NCBI GenBank assembly: GCA_035504135.1 | Contig: DATJSM010000012.1 | Location: 67,701-131,700 of the forward strand | Direction of reading: 5' to 3' | DNA length: 64,000 nucleotides | Source: Candidatus Aquilonibacter sp. | GTDB taxonomy: Bacteria > Acidobacteriota > Terriglobia > Terriglobales > Acidobacteriaceae | In this document: in pieces, positions 20,234-30,026 of the stretch | How positions within the stretch are numbered: the first letter of the stretch is position 1 | Layout: every line of letters starts with the position of its first letter | Position numbers and translations under genes: made by a program | The notes under the pieces: generated by a model | Seen by the model: only the letters and a program-made list of their open reading frames with translations | Database searches by the model: none | Told to the model about the DNA's origin: nothing

Positions 20234-20764
20234 TTAGAAGTGCTCGATCTTGGATTTGTTGTTGGGAGGCGTTGGAGTCGGAGAGACGAGCTGGTCGAAG
20301 TCATGGACGAGAGCCGCAACGGTCTCATCGAGGTTCTTGTTGCGATTGGATTGGAAGATGGCGTAGTTGGTGCTTTCGACCAGCGTCCAGAGCACGGCAT
20401 GGGAATGGGGATCGATGAGCACGACGCGGAATTGACGGACTGAGTGGTTTGTGTCGTGGCTGGCGATGGCCTGTCCGAGGTCGATCTCGTAGTGCAGCTC
20501 GAGGATGAGATCGGCCTGGTTGGGGTCGGTGACCTGCTGGAAGCGCTTGAGGGCGGCGATACCTGCGTAGAAGTCGTTGTAGGCGCGCAGGCAGTCGGCG
20601 TTTTGCTGATCGCCGGCGTTGCCGAGGAAGAGCTTGGTGGCGGTGGTGAGCGCGGTGGGCAGAGGGGCTGTGGGCGGGTTTGCAGTTTGCGCTTGAACCA
20701 CGCCAGCGGTAGCTGCGAATCCGGCCGCGAGAATTGAGGAGAAAATGAATTGGCGAAGGTTCAT
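20234..20764 (-). CDS. Hypothetical secreted protein
   Basis: Signal peptide MNLRQFIFSSILAAGFAATAGVVQA-Q; ATGA overlap with the leuD stop. Confidence 0.7.
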   Translation of the reverse strand: MNLRQFIFSSILAAGFAATAGVVQAQTANPPTAPLPTALTTATKLFLGNAGDQQNADCLRAYNDFYAGIAALKRFQQVTDPNQADLILELHYEIDLGQAIASHDTNHSVRQFRVVLIDPHSHAVLWTLVESTNYAIFQSNRNKNLDETVAALVHDFDQLVSPTPTPPNNKSKIEHF

Positions 20765-21399
20765 GCAGCCTCGTTCGCTTTGGGTGCGGACCAAAACTCT
20801 TGGTCGTGTTGGGATTCGAAGTTGTTAAGGTCGGATTCGTGGCGGAGCGTGAGGCCGATGTCGTCGAGCCCGTTCAGCAGGCAGTACTTGCGGAAGGGGT
20901 CGATGTCGAAGTGGGCGCTGAAGCCTTCGTCGTCGGAGACGGTCTGGGCTTCGAGGTTGATGGTGATGAGGTGCTTCGGGTTTGCGGTGCTGCGCTGGAT
21001 GAGGGTTTCGACTTCGGCGTCGGTGAGCGGAGCGAGGATGATGCCGTTCTTGCCGGCGTTGGAGAAGAAGATGTCGGCGAAGGAGGGCGCGATGACGGCG
21101 CGGAAGCCGTACTGGTTGATGGCCCAGGCGGCGTGCTCGCGGGAGCTGCCGCAGCCGAAGTTCTTTTCGGCGAGGAGGATCTCGGAGCCCTTGTACTCGG
21201 GCTTGTTGAGGACGAAGTCGCGGCGCGGCTCTACATGATCTGGGATGTCGAGGTTGTAGCGCCAGTCGTAGAAGAGGAAGTCGCCGTAGCCGGTGCGCTC
21301 GATGCGCTTGAGGAACTGCTTGGGGATGATCTGGTCCGTGTCGATGTTGGGCAGCGGCAGCGGAACGGCGGTGGAGGTGAGGATGTTGATGGGTTGCAT
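20761..21399 (-). CDS. leuD: 3-isopropylmalate dehydratase small subunit
   Basis: NIDTDQIIPKQFLK, NFGCGSSREHA, SFADIF, LLNGLDDIGLT. Confidence 0.98.
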   Translation of the reverse strand: MQPINILTSTAVPLPLPNIDTDQIIPKQFLKRIERTGYGDFLFYDWRYNLDIPDHVEPRRDFVLNKPEYKGSEILLAEKNFGCGSSREHAAWAINQYGFRAVIAPSFADIFFSNAGKNGIILAPLTDAEVETLIQRSTANPKHLITINLEAQTVSDDEGFSAHFDIDPFRKYCLLNGLDDIGLTLRHESDLNNFESQHDQEFWSAPKANEAA

Positions 21400-21409
21400 G
21401 GTGTCTTCC

Positions 21410-21437
21410 AGTGAATAGTGAATAGTGAGTAGTGAAT
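21410..21437. repeat. Heptamer tandem array (4 units) upstream of the leuD RBS
   Basis: AGTGAAT AGTGAAT AGTGAGT AGTGAAT. Confidence 0.9.
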
Positions 21438-21447
21438 AAAGCAGAGG

Positions 21448-22881
21448 CTAGGACTTTGCGGTCTCTTCGAACTCCCATTTGCGAATGTCGGTGAGGTGGC
21501 CGGTGATAGCGGCGGCGGCGGCCATTTCGGGCGAGAGGAGATGGGTGCGGCCACCGCGGCCCTGGCGGCCTTCGAAGTTGCGATTGCTGGTGGAGGCGCA
21601 GCGTTCGCCGGGTTGCAGGATGTCGGGGTTCATGCCGAGACACATGCTGCAGCCGGGCTCGCGCCACTCGAAGCCTGCGGATTTGAAGATGAGGTCGAGG
21701 CCTTCTTCTTCAGCCTGGTGCTTTACTTTTTGTGAACCGGGAACGACCATCGCGCGGACGGTGGTGGCGACGTGGTGGCCGCGGACGACCTTGGCGGCGG
21801 CGCGGAGATCCTCGATGCGGCCGTTGGTGCAGGAGCCGAGGAAGACCGCGTCCACCTTGATTTCTTCGACGGGCATGCCGGGTGTGAGGGCCATGTACTC
21901 GTAGGCGCGCTCGAAGCCCTTGCGATCGGCGTCGTCCTTCGCCTCGTCCAGCGTGGGGACTTTGCCGGTGATGGTTGTCACCATGCCCGGCGATGTGCCC
22001 CAGGTGACGGACGGTGCGAGCTTGGTGGCATCGATGGTGAGCTCGCGGTCGAAGGTGGCCCCGGGGTCGGTGACGAGCGAGCGCCAATGCGCGACAGCGC
22101 GATCCCACGCTTCGCCTTTGGGCGAGAAGCGGCGGCCTTTGAGATAGGCGAAGGTGGTTTCGTCGGGCGCGATCATGCCGGCGCGTGCACCGGCCTCGAT
22201 CGACATGTTGCAGATGGTCATACGGCCTTCCATCGAGAGCGCGCGGATGGCGGAGCCGGCGTACTCGATGGCGTAGCCGGTCGCGCCGGCAGTGCCAATG
22301 CGGCCGATGATATCGAGGATGATGTCCTTCGCGGTGACGCCGTAGGGAAGCTCGCCTTCGACGTTGATGCGGAAGGTTTTGGGTTTTGATTGCGGGAGGG
22401 TTTGCGTGGCCATGACGTGCTCGACCTCGGAGGTGCCGATGCCGAAGGCGAGCGCGCCGAATGCGCCGTGCGTGGAGGTGTGGGAGTCGCCGCAGACGAT
22501 GGTCATGCCGGGCTTGGTCGCGCCGAGCTCGGGGCCGATCATGTGCACGATGCCCTGGCCGGGGTCTTGCACGTCGAAGAACTCGACGCCGAACTCCTTG
22601 CAGTTCTTGCGCAGTGCATTCACCTGGGCCGCCGCGATCTGGTCGGCGATGACGAGGCGGTCGTGCACCGAAGTCGTGGGCACGTTGTGGTCGACCGTCG
22701 CGATATGGCGATCAGGGCGGCGGAGTTTGCGGCCGGCGAGACGCAAGCCCTCGAAGGCCTGCGGCGACGTGACCTCGTGGACGAGCTGGAGATCGATGTA
22801 GAGGATGGTCGGTTCGCCTGCGGGTTCGGCGACGACGTGATTCTGCCAGACCTTTTCGAACATGGTGCGTGGTGGGGTCAT
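21448..22881 (-). CDS. leuC: 3-isopropylmalate dehydratase large subunit
   Basis: [60 protein letters not shown]. Confidence 0.98.
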   Translation of the reverse strand: MTPPRTMFEKVWQNHVVAEPAGEPTILYIDLQLVHEVTSPQAFEGLRLAGRKLRRPDRHIATVDHNVPTTSVHDRLVIADQIAAAQVNALRKNCKEFGVEFFDVQDPGQGIVHMIGPELGATKPGMTIVCGDSHTSTHGAFGALAFGIGTSEVEHVMATQTLPQSKPKTFRINVEGELPYGVTAKDIILDIIGRIGTAGATGYAIEYAGSAIRALSMEGRMTICNMSIEAGARAGMIAPDETTFAYLKGRRFSPKGEAWDRAVAHWRSLVTDPGATFDRELTIDATKLAPSVTWGTSPGMVTTITGKVPTLDEAKDDADRKGFERAYEYMALTPGMPVEEIKVDAVFLGSCTNGRIEDLRAAAKVVRGHHVATTVRAMVVPGSQKVKHQAEEEGLDLIFKSAGFEWREPGCSMCLGMNPDILQPGERCASTSNRNFEGRQGRGGRTHLLSPEMAAAAAITGHLTDIRKWEFEETAKS

Positions 22882-23561
22882 TGCTTTGCTCCCGTTGACG
22901 TGGGCTTAAGGCCGAGAACTGACGGTGCGAGCACGTCGATCTGACCCGTAGGTTCGACAAAGTTTGCCAGTAGAAAGCCCTTCTCGCTAATCCAGGCTTC
23001 GCCGTCCTTGCGGTCACTTGCCATCAGATCGCTCTGCCACTGCTGCAAACTGCTGAGAAACTGGGAGGGAAAATTTTGCCAGTTGAGCTGGCTGCTAGAA
23101 AAGATCCAGAGCAGGTTGCCGGGGCCCTTGTAGGCAAGATTGCTATCTACAAAATCTTCGGCGACGAAGATGAGCTTCGCCGGGTGCGTTCCGGTGTCGA
23201 TCCATAACATTCCGCGCGTGGTGCAGGCATGGGGTACGCAGCCAACCGCGGTGACGTACCGGTTGTCATCGAGCCGGACTCCACCCGGAACACCGAGATA
23301 GACCTGGACGAGCTGCGGAAGTGGAGTGAAGGTGCCGTGGTCGCGCCAGAACCACTGGTGCTGCGGGAACGACGACCGCATCAGTGGAAGAAAACGCCGG
23401 TCCCATTTGATATCGCCCTTACTGGCGCCGTAGCTGCCCACGTAGCTGCGGGTCCACACTGCATCGCTTGCAGCAGACGCGGCGGTTGCTCGCGGCTGTG
23501 CCATTCCCGCCGCGGCAGAAGCGAGGGCGAGGGTGGCGAGTTGGAGTCGATGCGATTTCAT
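22878..23561 (-). CDS. Secreted protein, Ivy (lysozyme/lytic transglycosylase inhibitor)-like
   Basis: Signal peptide; [19 protein letters not shown] resembles the Ivy CKPHDC loop. Confidence 0.55.
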   Translation of the reverse strand: MKSHRLQLATLALASAAAGMAQPRATAASAASDAVWTRSYVGSYGASKGDIKWDRRFLPLMRSSFPQHQWFWRDHGTFTPLPQLVQVYLGVPGGVRLDDNRYVTAVGCVPHACTTRGMLWIDTGTHPAKLIFVAEDFVDSNLAYKGPGNLLWIFSSSQLNWQNFPSQFLSSLQQWQSDLMASDRKDGEAWISEKGFLLANFVEPTGQIDVLAPSVLGLKPTSTGAKQ

Positions 23562-23564
23562 GAT

Positions 23565-24338
23565 TCAGTTGCGTGGTTTGAGTTCGGTACTGTGCGCGGG
23601 TTGATCGTCCTGGGCGGTGGTGTCGGGCTGCGGGGCGATCGTGTTGGCTCCGGCGAGCGCGGGGTTGAGAGCGTAGGGAGCGCCACCGGGTTCGACGAGC
23701 GTGGCGTGTTCAATGTGCGGGACGAGGCGGTGCGCGGCGGCGAGACGCGCGTCCCAGTGCGCGATGGCTTCGGTGAGCCGAAGCGGAAGCTCGGCGGCGG
23801 AGAGGACGTGATTGGGGAAGAGCCAGAGATTGTAGTTGGCGGCGGCTTCGTCGGTAGTGTGGCCTTCCGTGGTCCAGTTGACGGCGGCGAAGACGATCAA
23901 CGGATCTCTGGTACCGAGGTCAATCCAGAGCAGACCGTGCGCGGCGCAGAAGGTGGGAACGCAGCCGTCGATGGAGATGTAGCGGTTGTCCTGCGTGGTG
24001 ACGGTGCCGTAGCGCGAGAGGAAGAGCGGGATGATGGCGTCGAGCGGCTGCGTGCGCGCGGGATCGGTGTCGCCCCACATGGCCTGGGGCTCATGGAAGT
24101 TCGCGAAGAGCAGAGAGCGGAAGCGCGGGTCGAAGCGGAGATCAGTGGCGCGGCCGATGGGCTCGGGTTTGGTGAAGGCCCACAGCCACTGGAGATTGTC
24201 GATGGAGCGGATGGGGCCGTGCGCGGGATTGGAGGGAGGATGAGCGATGAGCGTGTCGGGGTTTGTGATCTGCGCGCGCGTCGCCGTGACTGCGGTGAGG
24301 AGCAGTGCGAGAGCGGCGAGTTGGAGTGTGCGGCGCAT
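23565..24338 (-). CDS. Secreted protein, paralog of 22878-23561 (Ivy-like, loop His absent)
   Basis: Start MRRTLQLAALALL; DNRYISIDGCVPTFCAAHGLLWIDLG aligns with its neighbour. Confidence 0.55.
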   Translation of the reverse strand: MRRTLQLAALALLLTAVTATRAQITNPDTLIAHPPSNPAHGPIRSIDNLQWLWAFTKPEPIGRATDLRFDPRFRSLLFANFHEPQAMWGDTDPARTQPLDAIIPLFLSRYGTVTTQDNRYISIDGCVPTFCAAHGLLWIDLGTRDPLIVFAAVNWTTEGHTTDEAAANYNLWLFPNHVLSAAELPLRLTEAIAHWDARLAAAHRLVPHIEHATLVEPGGAPYALNPALAGANTIAPQPDTTAQDDQPAHSTELKPRN

Positions 24339-24349
24339 TGATTGGTGAA

Positions 24350-25453
24350 CTAAACAGCGTGGAGCGATTGTTGTTTGTCGATGGACTGCGCGAGCGCTTC
24401 GTGCACGAGCTTGCCCATCTCGTGTGTGGTGACGTTGGCTGCGGCGTTGCCGCGGGCGATGTCGGAGGTGCGATGGCCGGCAGCGAGAACTTTGTCGACG
24501 GCGGCTTCGACGGCGAGAGCGTCTTCTTCGAGGTTGGCGGAGTGGCGAAGCAGCATGGCTGCGGTGAGGATCGCGCCGAGCGGATTCGCCTTGCCCTGGC
24601 CCGCGATGTCGGGCGCGGAGCCGTGGACGGGTTCGTAGAGATTGACCTTGCCGCCGAGCGTGGCGGAGGGCAGCATACCGAGCGAGCCGGTGATGATGCC
24701 GGACTCGTCGGACAGAATGTCGCCGAAGAGATTTTCCGTGAGCACGACGTCGAAGTTGCGCGGGATGTTCATGAGGTGCATGGCCATCGAGTCGACGAGC
24801 TGGTGTTCGACCGTGACGTCGGGGTATTCGGATTTGAGTTCGTCGACCGTCGCGCGCCAAAGTTGGGAGCACTCGAGCACGTTGGCCTTGTCGACCTGCG
24901 TGAGTTTCTTGCGACGCTTGCGGGCGAGTTCAAATGCAATTCGAGCCACGCGGATGACTTCGTCCTTGGTGTAGCGCATGGTGTTGATGGCTTCGCCGGT
25001 TTGTTTGTTCCAGCTTCGCGGCTGGCCGAAGTAGAGGCCGCCGAGCAGTTCGCGCACGAACAGGATGTCGACGCCTTTGGTGACTTCAGGGCGCAACGGC
25101 GAGTTGTCGCCGAGCGCGGCGAAGGCGAGACACGGACGCAGGTTCGCGTAGCCGCCCAGGACCTGGCGAATCTGAAGCAGGCCAGCCTCGGGACGCTTGT
25201 CGGGCGTGAGGTGGTTGAACTTGTTATCGCCGACGGCGCCGAGGAGGACAGCATCTGCATCCAGCGCGACGTCGATGGTCTGCTGCGGCAGCGGTGTGCC
25301 GGCGGCGGTGATGGCGACGCCGCCGATCTGCGCCTCGGTTAAGGTGAACTCGTGGCCACCGAACTCTGCGACGGCCTTGAGGATGTTGACGGCTTCGCGG
25401 GTGACCTCGGGTCCGATGCCGTCTCCGGCGAGGATAGCGATCTTAAGCTTCAT
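24350..25453 (-). CDS. leuB: 3-isopropylmalate dehydrogenase
   Basis: GDGIGPEV, YANLRP, VRELLGGLYFG, VDKANVL, NLFGDILSD, EPVHGSAPDIAG. Confidence 0.98.
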   Translation of the reverse strand: MKLKIAILAGDGIGPEVTREAVNILKAVAEFGGHEFTLTEAQIGGVAITAAGTPLPQQTIDVALDADAVLLGAVGDNKFNHLTPDKRPEAGLLQIRQVLGGYANLRPCLAFAALGDNSPLRPEVTKGVDILFVRELLGGLYFGQPRSWNKQTGEAINTMRYTKDEVIRVARIAFELARKRRKKLTQVDKANVLECSQLWRATVDELKSEYPDVTVEHQLVDSMAMHLMNIPRNFDVVLTENLFGDILSDESGIITGSLGMLPSATLGGKVNLYEPVHGSAPDIAGQGKANPLGAILTAAMLLRHSANLEEDALAVEAAVDKVLAAGHRTSDIARGNAAANVTTHEMGKLVHEALAQSIDKQQSLHAV

Positions 25454-25463
25454 GGGCTCTTCC

Positions 25464-25491
25464 AGTGAGTAGTGAGTAGTGAAGAGTGAAT
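25464..25491. repeat. Heptamer tandem array (4 units) upstream of the leuB RBS
   Basis: AGTGAGT AGTGAGT AGTGAAG AGTGAAT. Confidence 0.9.
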
Positions 25492-25537
25492 AAGATAAAA
25501 GCAAAAATCCAACGCAAAGACGCAACGAATACTGCGA

Positions 25538-26716
25538 TCAGGGGACGTTCGCGACTTCGGCGAGGGGTTCGTGCAGCAGTGCGAGGATGTCCTGGTCGTA
25601 GATGGATTTCTTGCGGTCGGCGAGTTCGGTGAAGCGAAGATAGACGGCATCGAGTTCGGGTTTGGAGAGCTTGTGGCCGAGCTCGGTGAGGCGGTGCTCG
25701 AGGGCTTTGCGGCCCGAGTGTTTGCCGAGTACGATGTTCTGCCCTTCGAACCCGACCGACGCCGGCGTCATGATCTCGTAGGTCAGCGGGTTGGCGAGCA
25801 CGCCGTGCTGGTGGATGCCGCTCTCGTGCGCGAAGGCGTTTTTGCCGACGACGGCCTTGTTGGGCGAGCAGGTAAAGCTGATGATCTCGCCGAGAAGTTT
25901 TGAGGTGGGGTAGAGCTGGTTCATCACGATGTTCGAGGTGTAGGGATAGCGGTCGTGGCGCGTGGTGAGGGCGGCGGCGATCTCTTCGAGGGCGGCGTTG
26001 CCGGCGCGTTCGCCGATGCCGTTGATGGTGCACTCGATCTGACGGGCGCCGCCGTCGATGCCGGCGAGGGAGTTGGCGACGGCCATGCCGAGGTCGTCGT
26101 GGCAGTGCGTGGAGAAGATGATGGAGTCGGAGTTGGGGACGTTGGCGCGGACCTTTTCGAAGAGCGCCTTGTACTCGGCGGGCGTGGTGTAGCCGACGGT
26201 GTCGGGGATATTGATGGTGGTGGCGCCGGCTTCGACGGCGACGTTGACCATCTGGATGAGGAAGTCGATGTCGGAGCGCGTGCCGTCTTCGGTGGAGAAT
26301 TCGACGTCGTCGGAGTAGCTGCGGGCGAGGCGAACGCATATGCCGACCTGCTCGATGGCCTGGTCGCGGGTGATGCGGAGCTTGGCTTCGAGGTGAAGGT
26401 CGGAGGTGGCGAGGAAGGTGTGGATGCGGTTCTTCCGGGCGGGCTCTACAGCGCGTGCGGCCGCCTCGATGTCTTCGCGCTTGCAGCGGGCGAGCGAGCA
26501 GATGCGCGGACCGCGGACCTCTTTGGCAATGGCGTTGACGGAGTTGAAGTCGCCCTGCGAAGCGATCGCGAAGCCGGCCTCGATGATGTCGACGCCGAGG
26601 GTGGCGAGCTGGTGGGCGAAGCGCAGTTTTTCAGCGTGGTGCATGGTGCAGCCGGGAGACTGCTCGCCGTCGCGCAGAGTGGTGTCAAAGAAGACGATCT
26701 GATTGGAGAGTGCCAT
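25538..26716 (-). CDS. leuA: 2-isopropylmalate synthase, short form lacking the C-terminal allosteric domain
   Basis: DTTLRDGEQSPG, HCHDDLGMAVAN, NGIGERAGN, AFAHESGIHQ, LGKHSG; ends at 392 aa. Confidence 0.95.
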   Translation of the reverse strand: MALSNQIVFFDTTLRDGEQSPGCTMHHAEKLRFAHQLATLGVDIIEAGFAIASQGDFNSVNAIAKEVRGPRICSLARCKREDIEAAARAVEPARKNRIHTFLATSDLHLEAKLRITRDQAIEQVGICVRLARSYSDDVEFSTEDGTRSDIDFLIQMVNVAVEAGATTINIPDTVGYTTPAEYKALFEKVRANVPNSDSIIFSTHCHDDLGMAVANSLAGIDGGARQIECTINGIGERAGNAALEEIAAALTTRHDRYPYTSNIVMNQLYPTSKLLGEIISFTCSPNKAVVGKNAFAHESGIHQHGVLANPLTYEIMTPASVGFEGQNIVLGKHSGRKALEHRLTELGHKLSKPELDAVYLRFTELADRKKSIYDQDILALLHEPLAEVANVP

Positions 26717-26741
26717 GGCCGGTGACCTTTCCGTTGTCCTT

Positions 26742-26790
26742 AGCATAATCTGAGCTTATGCTTGTTAGGCGGTATATTCGGATTTCTAAT
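26742..26790. promoter_or_regulatory. LysR-type T-N11-A boxes in the leuA/LysR divergent region
   Basis: AGCATAA-TCTGAGC-TTATGCT inverted repeat (26742-26762) and ATT-CGGATTTCT-AAT. Confidence 0.6.
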
Positions 26791-26848
26791 GCAGCTATAG
26801 CCCGGGTTTGGTGCTGTATCTTGCCGACCCAAAAGGATAAGGACAGGA

Positions 26849-27769
26849 ATGGACCTGTTTCAACTGGAGACGTTTCTGGCGGTGGCGGAGGAGCGGAGCT
26901 TTTCGCGGGCGGCGGCACGATTGCATAGGACGCAGCCGGCGGTGAGCCAGGTTATCGCCAAGCTGGAGGCGGAGCTGGGGGAGACGCTGCTGGAGCGAAG
27001 CTCGCGCGACGGCACGCTGACGGATGCGGGTGAGGTGCTGAAGGAGTACGCCCAGAAGATGCTGAATCTGCGGGCGGATGCCAACGCGGCGCTGGCTGAT
27101 CTGCGGTCGATGCATACCGGCAAGCTGACACTGGCGGCCAACGAATACACGTGTCTTTATCTGCTGCCACTGATCCATGCATTCCGGCGCGAGCACCCGA
27201 AGGTGAAAGTAGCCGTGCAGCGGACGCTGGCCAGCCGCGTGGCGGACGAGGTGCTGCAGCACTCGGCGGACATGGGCATCGTCAGTTTTCGTCCCGAGGA
27301 CCCGCAGGTGCGATCGATCGCGGTATATCGCGATGAGCTCGTCTGCGTGGTGAGCCCGACGCATGCGCTCGCGAAGTCGGGCAAGGCGACGCTGGAGCGG
27401 CTAGGACGCGAGAGCTTCGTGGCGCACAATGTGCCGTCGCCGCTGCGGCAGAAGGTGATTGCATCGTTCAAGCGACACAAGCAGCCCCTGAAGATGGAGG
27501 TGGAGCTGCCGAGCCTGGAGGCGATCAAACGATTTGTGCAGCAGGGCGAAGGCGTGGCGCTGGTTCCGAAGCTGACGGTGGAGAATGAGCTGGAATCGGG
27601 GGCGCTGGTGGGGATCGCGGTGCCTGAGCTTCCTTTGGAGCGGCGGTTGCGGCTGGTGCTGCGTCGGCAGGCGACGCTTTCGCACGCAGCGCAGGCGTTT
27701 CTCGCGCTGGTGGAGCGGCACGCGCAGGAGCACGGTGATCCATTCTGCTTTGCGGCGGAGCGCGGTTGA
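26849..27769 (+). CDS. LysR family transcriptional regulator
   Basis: QLETFLAVAEERSFSRAAARLHRTQPAVSQVIAKLE HTH plus substrate-binding domain; divergent from leuA. Confidence 0.96.
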   Translation: MDLFQLETFLAVAEERSFSRAAARLHRTQPAVSQVIAKLEAELGETLLERSSRDGTLTDAGEVLKEYAQKMLNLRADANAALADLRSMHTGKLTLAANEYTCLYLLPLIHAFRREHPKVKVAVQRTLASRVADEVLQHSADMGIVSFRPEDPQVRSIAVYRDELVCVVSPTHALAKSGKATLERLGRESFVAHNVPSPLRQKVIASFKRHKQPLKMEVELPSLEAIKRFVQQGEGVALVPKLTVENELESGALVGIAVPELPLERRLRLVLRRQATLSHAAQAFLALVERHAQEHGDPFCFAAERG

Positions 27770-27903
27770 ATCAGCTTGGCGCTATGAAACGAAAATATCG
27801 TTGAAGAGGGCAGGAACTCTTTGGCGCGACATCGCGTCTATGCAATAGTTTTGACCGCCGTGAGCGTGTGCGCGGCGCATTTCTGTGAAAGCGAGTGAGA
27901 AGT

Positions 27904-28380
27904 ATGACAAGCAGAAGAAGGATGATGATGCGGTCGGCGGTGCTTGTATGCGGATTGTGTATGACGGCCGCCGGCGCAGCGGTAGCGCAGGACCAGGCGC
28001 CTCCGCCACCTCCGGCTGGACAGGCAGGACCACCGCCGGGCGGTCGCGGCATGATGATGGATCCGGGCCGGCGCGCGGACAGGATGAAGCATGAGCTCAA
28101 CCTGACAGACGATCAGACGAGCCAGGTGAAGGCTATTCTCGAAGACAGCCGCACGAAGATGGAGGCGTTGCGGTCGAACTCGTCCTTGTCGCACGAGGAC
28201 ATGCGCTCGCAGATGATGGCGATTCGCAAGTCGGAGAATGACAAGATCGAAGCGCTGCTGACGGCCGACCAGAAGACGAAGTACGAAGCGATGCAGGAGC
28301 ACATGCGCGACCGGATGCGCGGCGGCGAGAACGGTGAAGCGCCTCCTCCACCACCGCCACCGCCACCACCGCAGAGCTAG
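27904..28380 (+). CDS. Periplasmic Spy/CpxP-like (LTxxQ) chaperone
   Basis: Signal peptide; LNLTDDQ and LLTADQ motifs; Met/Pro-rich ends. Confidence 0.8.
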   Translation: MTSRRRMMMRSAVLVCGLCMTAAGAAVAQDQAPPPPPAGQAGPPPGGRGMMMDPGRRADRMKHELNLTDDQTSQVKAILEDSRTKMEALRSNSSLSHEDMRSQMMAIRKSENDKIEALLTADQKTKYEAMQEHMRDRMRGGENGEAPPPPPPPPPPQS

Positions 28381-28418
28381 GCGATACGCGCGATGCGATA
28401 AAAGGATGTGCATTTTTG

Positions 28419-28445
28419 AGGGCGCGGAGGTTGACTCTGCGCCCT
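28419..28445 (+). terminator. Hairpin terminator
   Basis: AGGGCGCGGAG-gttga-CTCTGCGCCCT. Confidence 0.55.
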
Positions 28446-28613
28446 TGTCCTTGGTCTAAGTCTGTGGGAAACGAGGGCGCTGGCGGTGCATGTTGCCGCC
28501 ATGCAGGTACAATTAGGCATTAGAGCGCCGCACGACCCGCTGGCATTCGTCTTCGGGACAGCCGGTACGGAACCGGGGAGGATGTGCGCGACTGTGAAGG
28601 GGTTTCGCTACGC

Positions 28614-29213
28614 ATGAAGAAAATGATGTTGCTGGGCGCCCTGCTGCTGGGAGTTGCAGTTGCAGGACACGCGCAGGAGAGCCGGCAGGACGTAAGCCTT
28701 AGTGCAACCGAACTAATTGCGCCGAATGTTAATGGTCTGGGCGTATTTCCGATGCGCTCAACCCTGATCACAGGTGCGCTAGCGAGCTACCGCTACATGC
28801 TCACGCCGCGCAGTGCGCTGGAGCTGAACTATTCCTGGGCGCAGAATACGATCTACTACAACAACATCAGCTACGGTGGACGCGTACACAACCGGCAGGA
28901 AGAGATCTCTGGGGCGTACGTTTACTCGCACACTTATGGCCGTTACAACCCGTTTGTCGAAGCCGGTGTCGGTGGAACGGTCTTTACGCCGATCGTTGAT
29001 AACGGAACAAGCGACCTCGGCGTGAAACAGAACACGAACGTGGGTGGCTTATTTGGTGCTGGCTTGGCGTATGAGATCAGCCCGAGCTTCGATATTCGCG
29101 TGGAGTATCGCGGATTTGTAATGAAGGCGCCGGACTTTGGCATCACCAATTTCAAGACAAACCGCTACTACGTATCGTCGACGCCGGCGATCGGCATTGC
29201 GTATCACTTCTAG
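28614..29213 (+). CDS. Small outer-membrane beta-barrel protein
   Basis: Signal peptide, amphipathic beta strands (YNPFVEAGVG, DIRVEYR), C-terminal AYHF. Confidence 0.85.
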   Translation: MKKMMLLGALLLGVAVAGHAQESRQDVSLSATELIAPNVNGLGVFPMRSTLITGALASYRYMLTPRSALELNYSWAQNTIYYNNISYGGRVHNRQEEISGAYVYSHTYGRYNPFVEAGVGGTVFTPIVDNGTSDLGVKQNTNVGGLFGAGLAYEISPSFDIRVEYRGFVMKAPDFGITNFKTNRYYVSSTPAIGIAYHF

Positions 29214-29241
29214 GCGAGATCAGAAACCAGATCAGAGATCA

Positions 29242-29285
29242 GCAATAGCAAAGGCCCGGCGATTCAGCCGGGCCTTTGCTATTGC
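29242..29285. terminator. Bidirectional terminator, perfect 19-bp stem
   Basis: GCAATAGCAAAGGCCCGGC-gattca-GCCGGGCCTTTGCTATTGC between convergent genes. Confidence 0.85.
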
Positions 29286-29296
29286 AGTAAACATCT

Positions 29297-29908
29297 CTAT
29301 TTCTTGGGGCCGCGGGCAGGGAAGTGATAAGCCGCGCCGATCGTGAAGAGATAGGGCGACAGGCCGTTGGGGAGCTCCGGATCGTGCGCAAAGAAGTGCT
29401 GGTATTCGAAGTCGCCGCGCACGTTCACGCGTCCGGTCAGGCGATAGTCGACGCCTCCGCCGAACGAGACGATGTTGTAGGCGAAGTTGTCGATGTAGGT
29501 TTCCAGCCCTCCCGGCACATAGAGCTGGTGCGCGGGGAAGTTGACCACGCCACGGCCATATAAGACCTTGCCGTAGGGAGCGAGGCGGCCGTTATCGTAG
29601 CGGCGCAGATAGCGGCCGCCGACTTCGTACGTGGTCTCCGAGAAGTGATTGCTGGGGACGAGCGGGTCGGCGTCAGGGTTGCGGACACGGTGGAAGTCGG
29701 CTTCGACGCCGTAGTGACCGAAGAGATCGTAGTCGGCATAGAGGCCGAAACCGCCGATGTCGTTGGGAACGTAGTCCGAGTGAGCCCAGACGAAGCCGCC
29801 ACCGACCTGAAGATCGGCGGTTCGAGTGGCTGTAGGGGCGGCCTGACCGTGAGCAGCAGGGGAAGCAATTGCGGTGCCCAGAAGAAGGAGAAAGAAGGTT
29901 TGCTTCAA
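29297..29908 (-). CDS. Small outer-membrane beta-barrel protein
   Basis: TTG start, signal peptide, APYGKVLYG, GGGVDY, DFEYQ, GAAYHF. Confidence 0.8.
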   Translation of the reverse strand: MKQTFFLLLLGTAIASPAAHGQAAPTATRTADLQVGGGFVWAHSDYVPNDIGGFGLYADYDLFGHYGVEADFHRVRNPDADPLVPSNHFSETTYEVGGRYLRRYDNGRLAPYGKVLYGRGVVNFPAHQLYVPGGLETYIDNFAYNIVSFGGGVDYRLTGRVNVRGDFEYQHFFAHDPELPNGLSPYLFTIGAAYHFPARGPKK

Positions 29909-29977
29909 AAGAGAGGCTCCAATGGCGGCTCAAGCGAGCTGGTGAAGTAGGTCTCTGAACCTCTTTGGACGCGCAAA

Positions 29978-30003
29978 AATGCCCTGAGGTCTCTCAGGGC
30001 ATT
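29978..30003 (-). terminator. Intrinsic terminator
   Basis: AATGCCCTGAG-4 nt-CTCAGGGCATT with a U tract on the minus strand. Confidence 0.7.
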
Positions 30004-30026
30004 GTACTTCGTTGATTGGAACGAGG

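Noticed and set aside
26717-26848. Leu/Ile/Val attenuator or T-box before leuA
   Set aside because: No leader peptide with regulatory codons, no terminator/antiterminator, no T-box consensus
29217-29242. AGATCAG-like short repeats after the beta-barrel gene
   Set aside because: Irregular, single occurrence and a different sequence from the leu-ilv arrays; too weak to link
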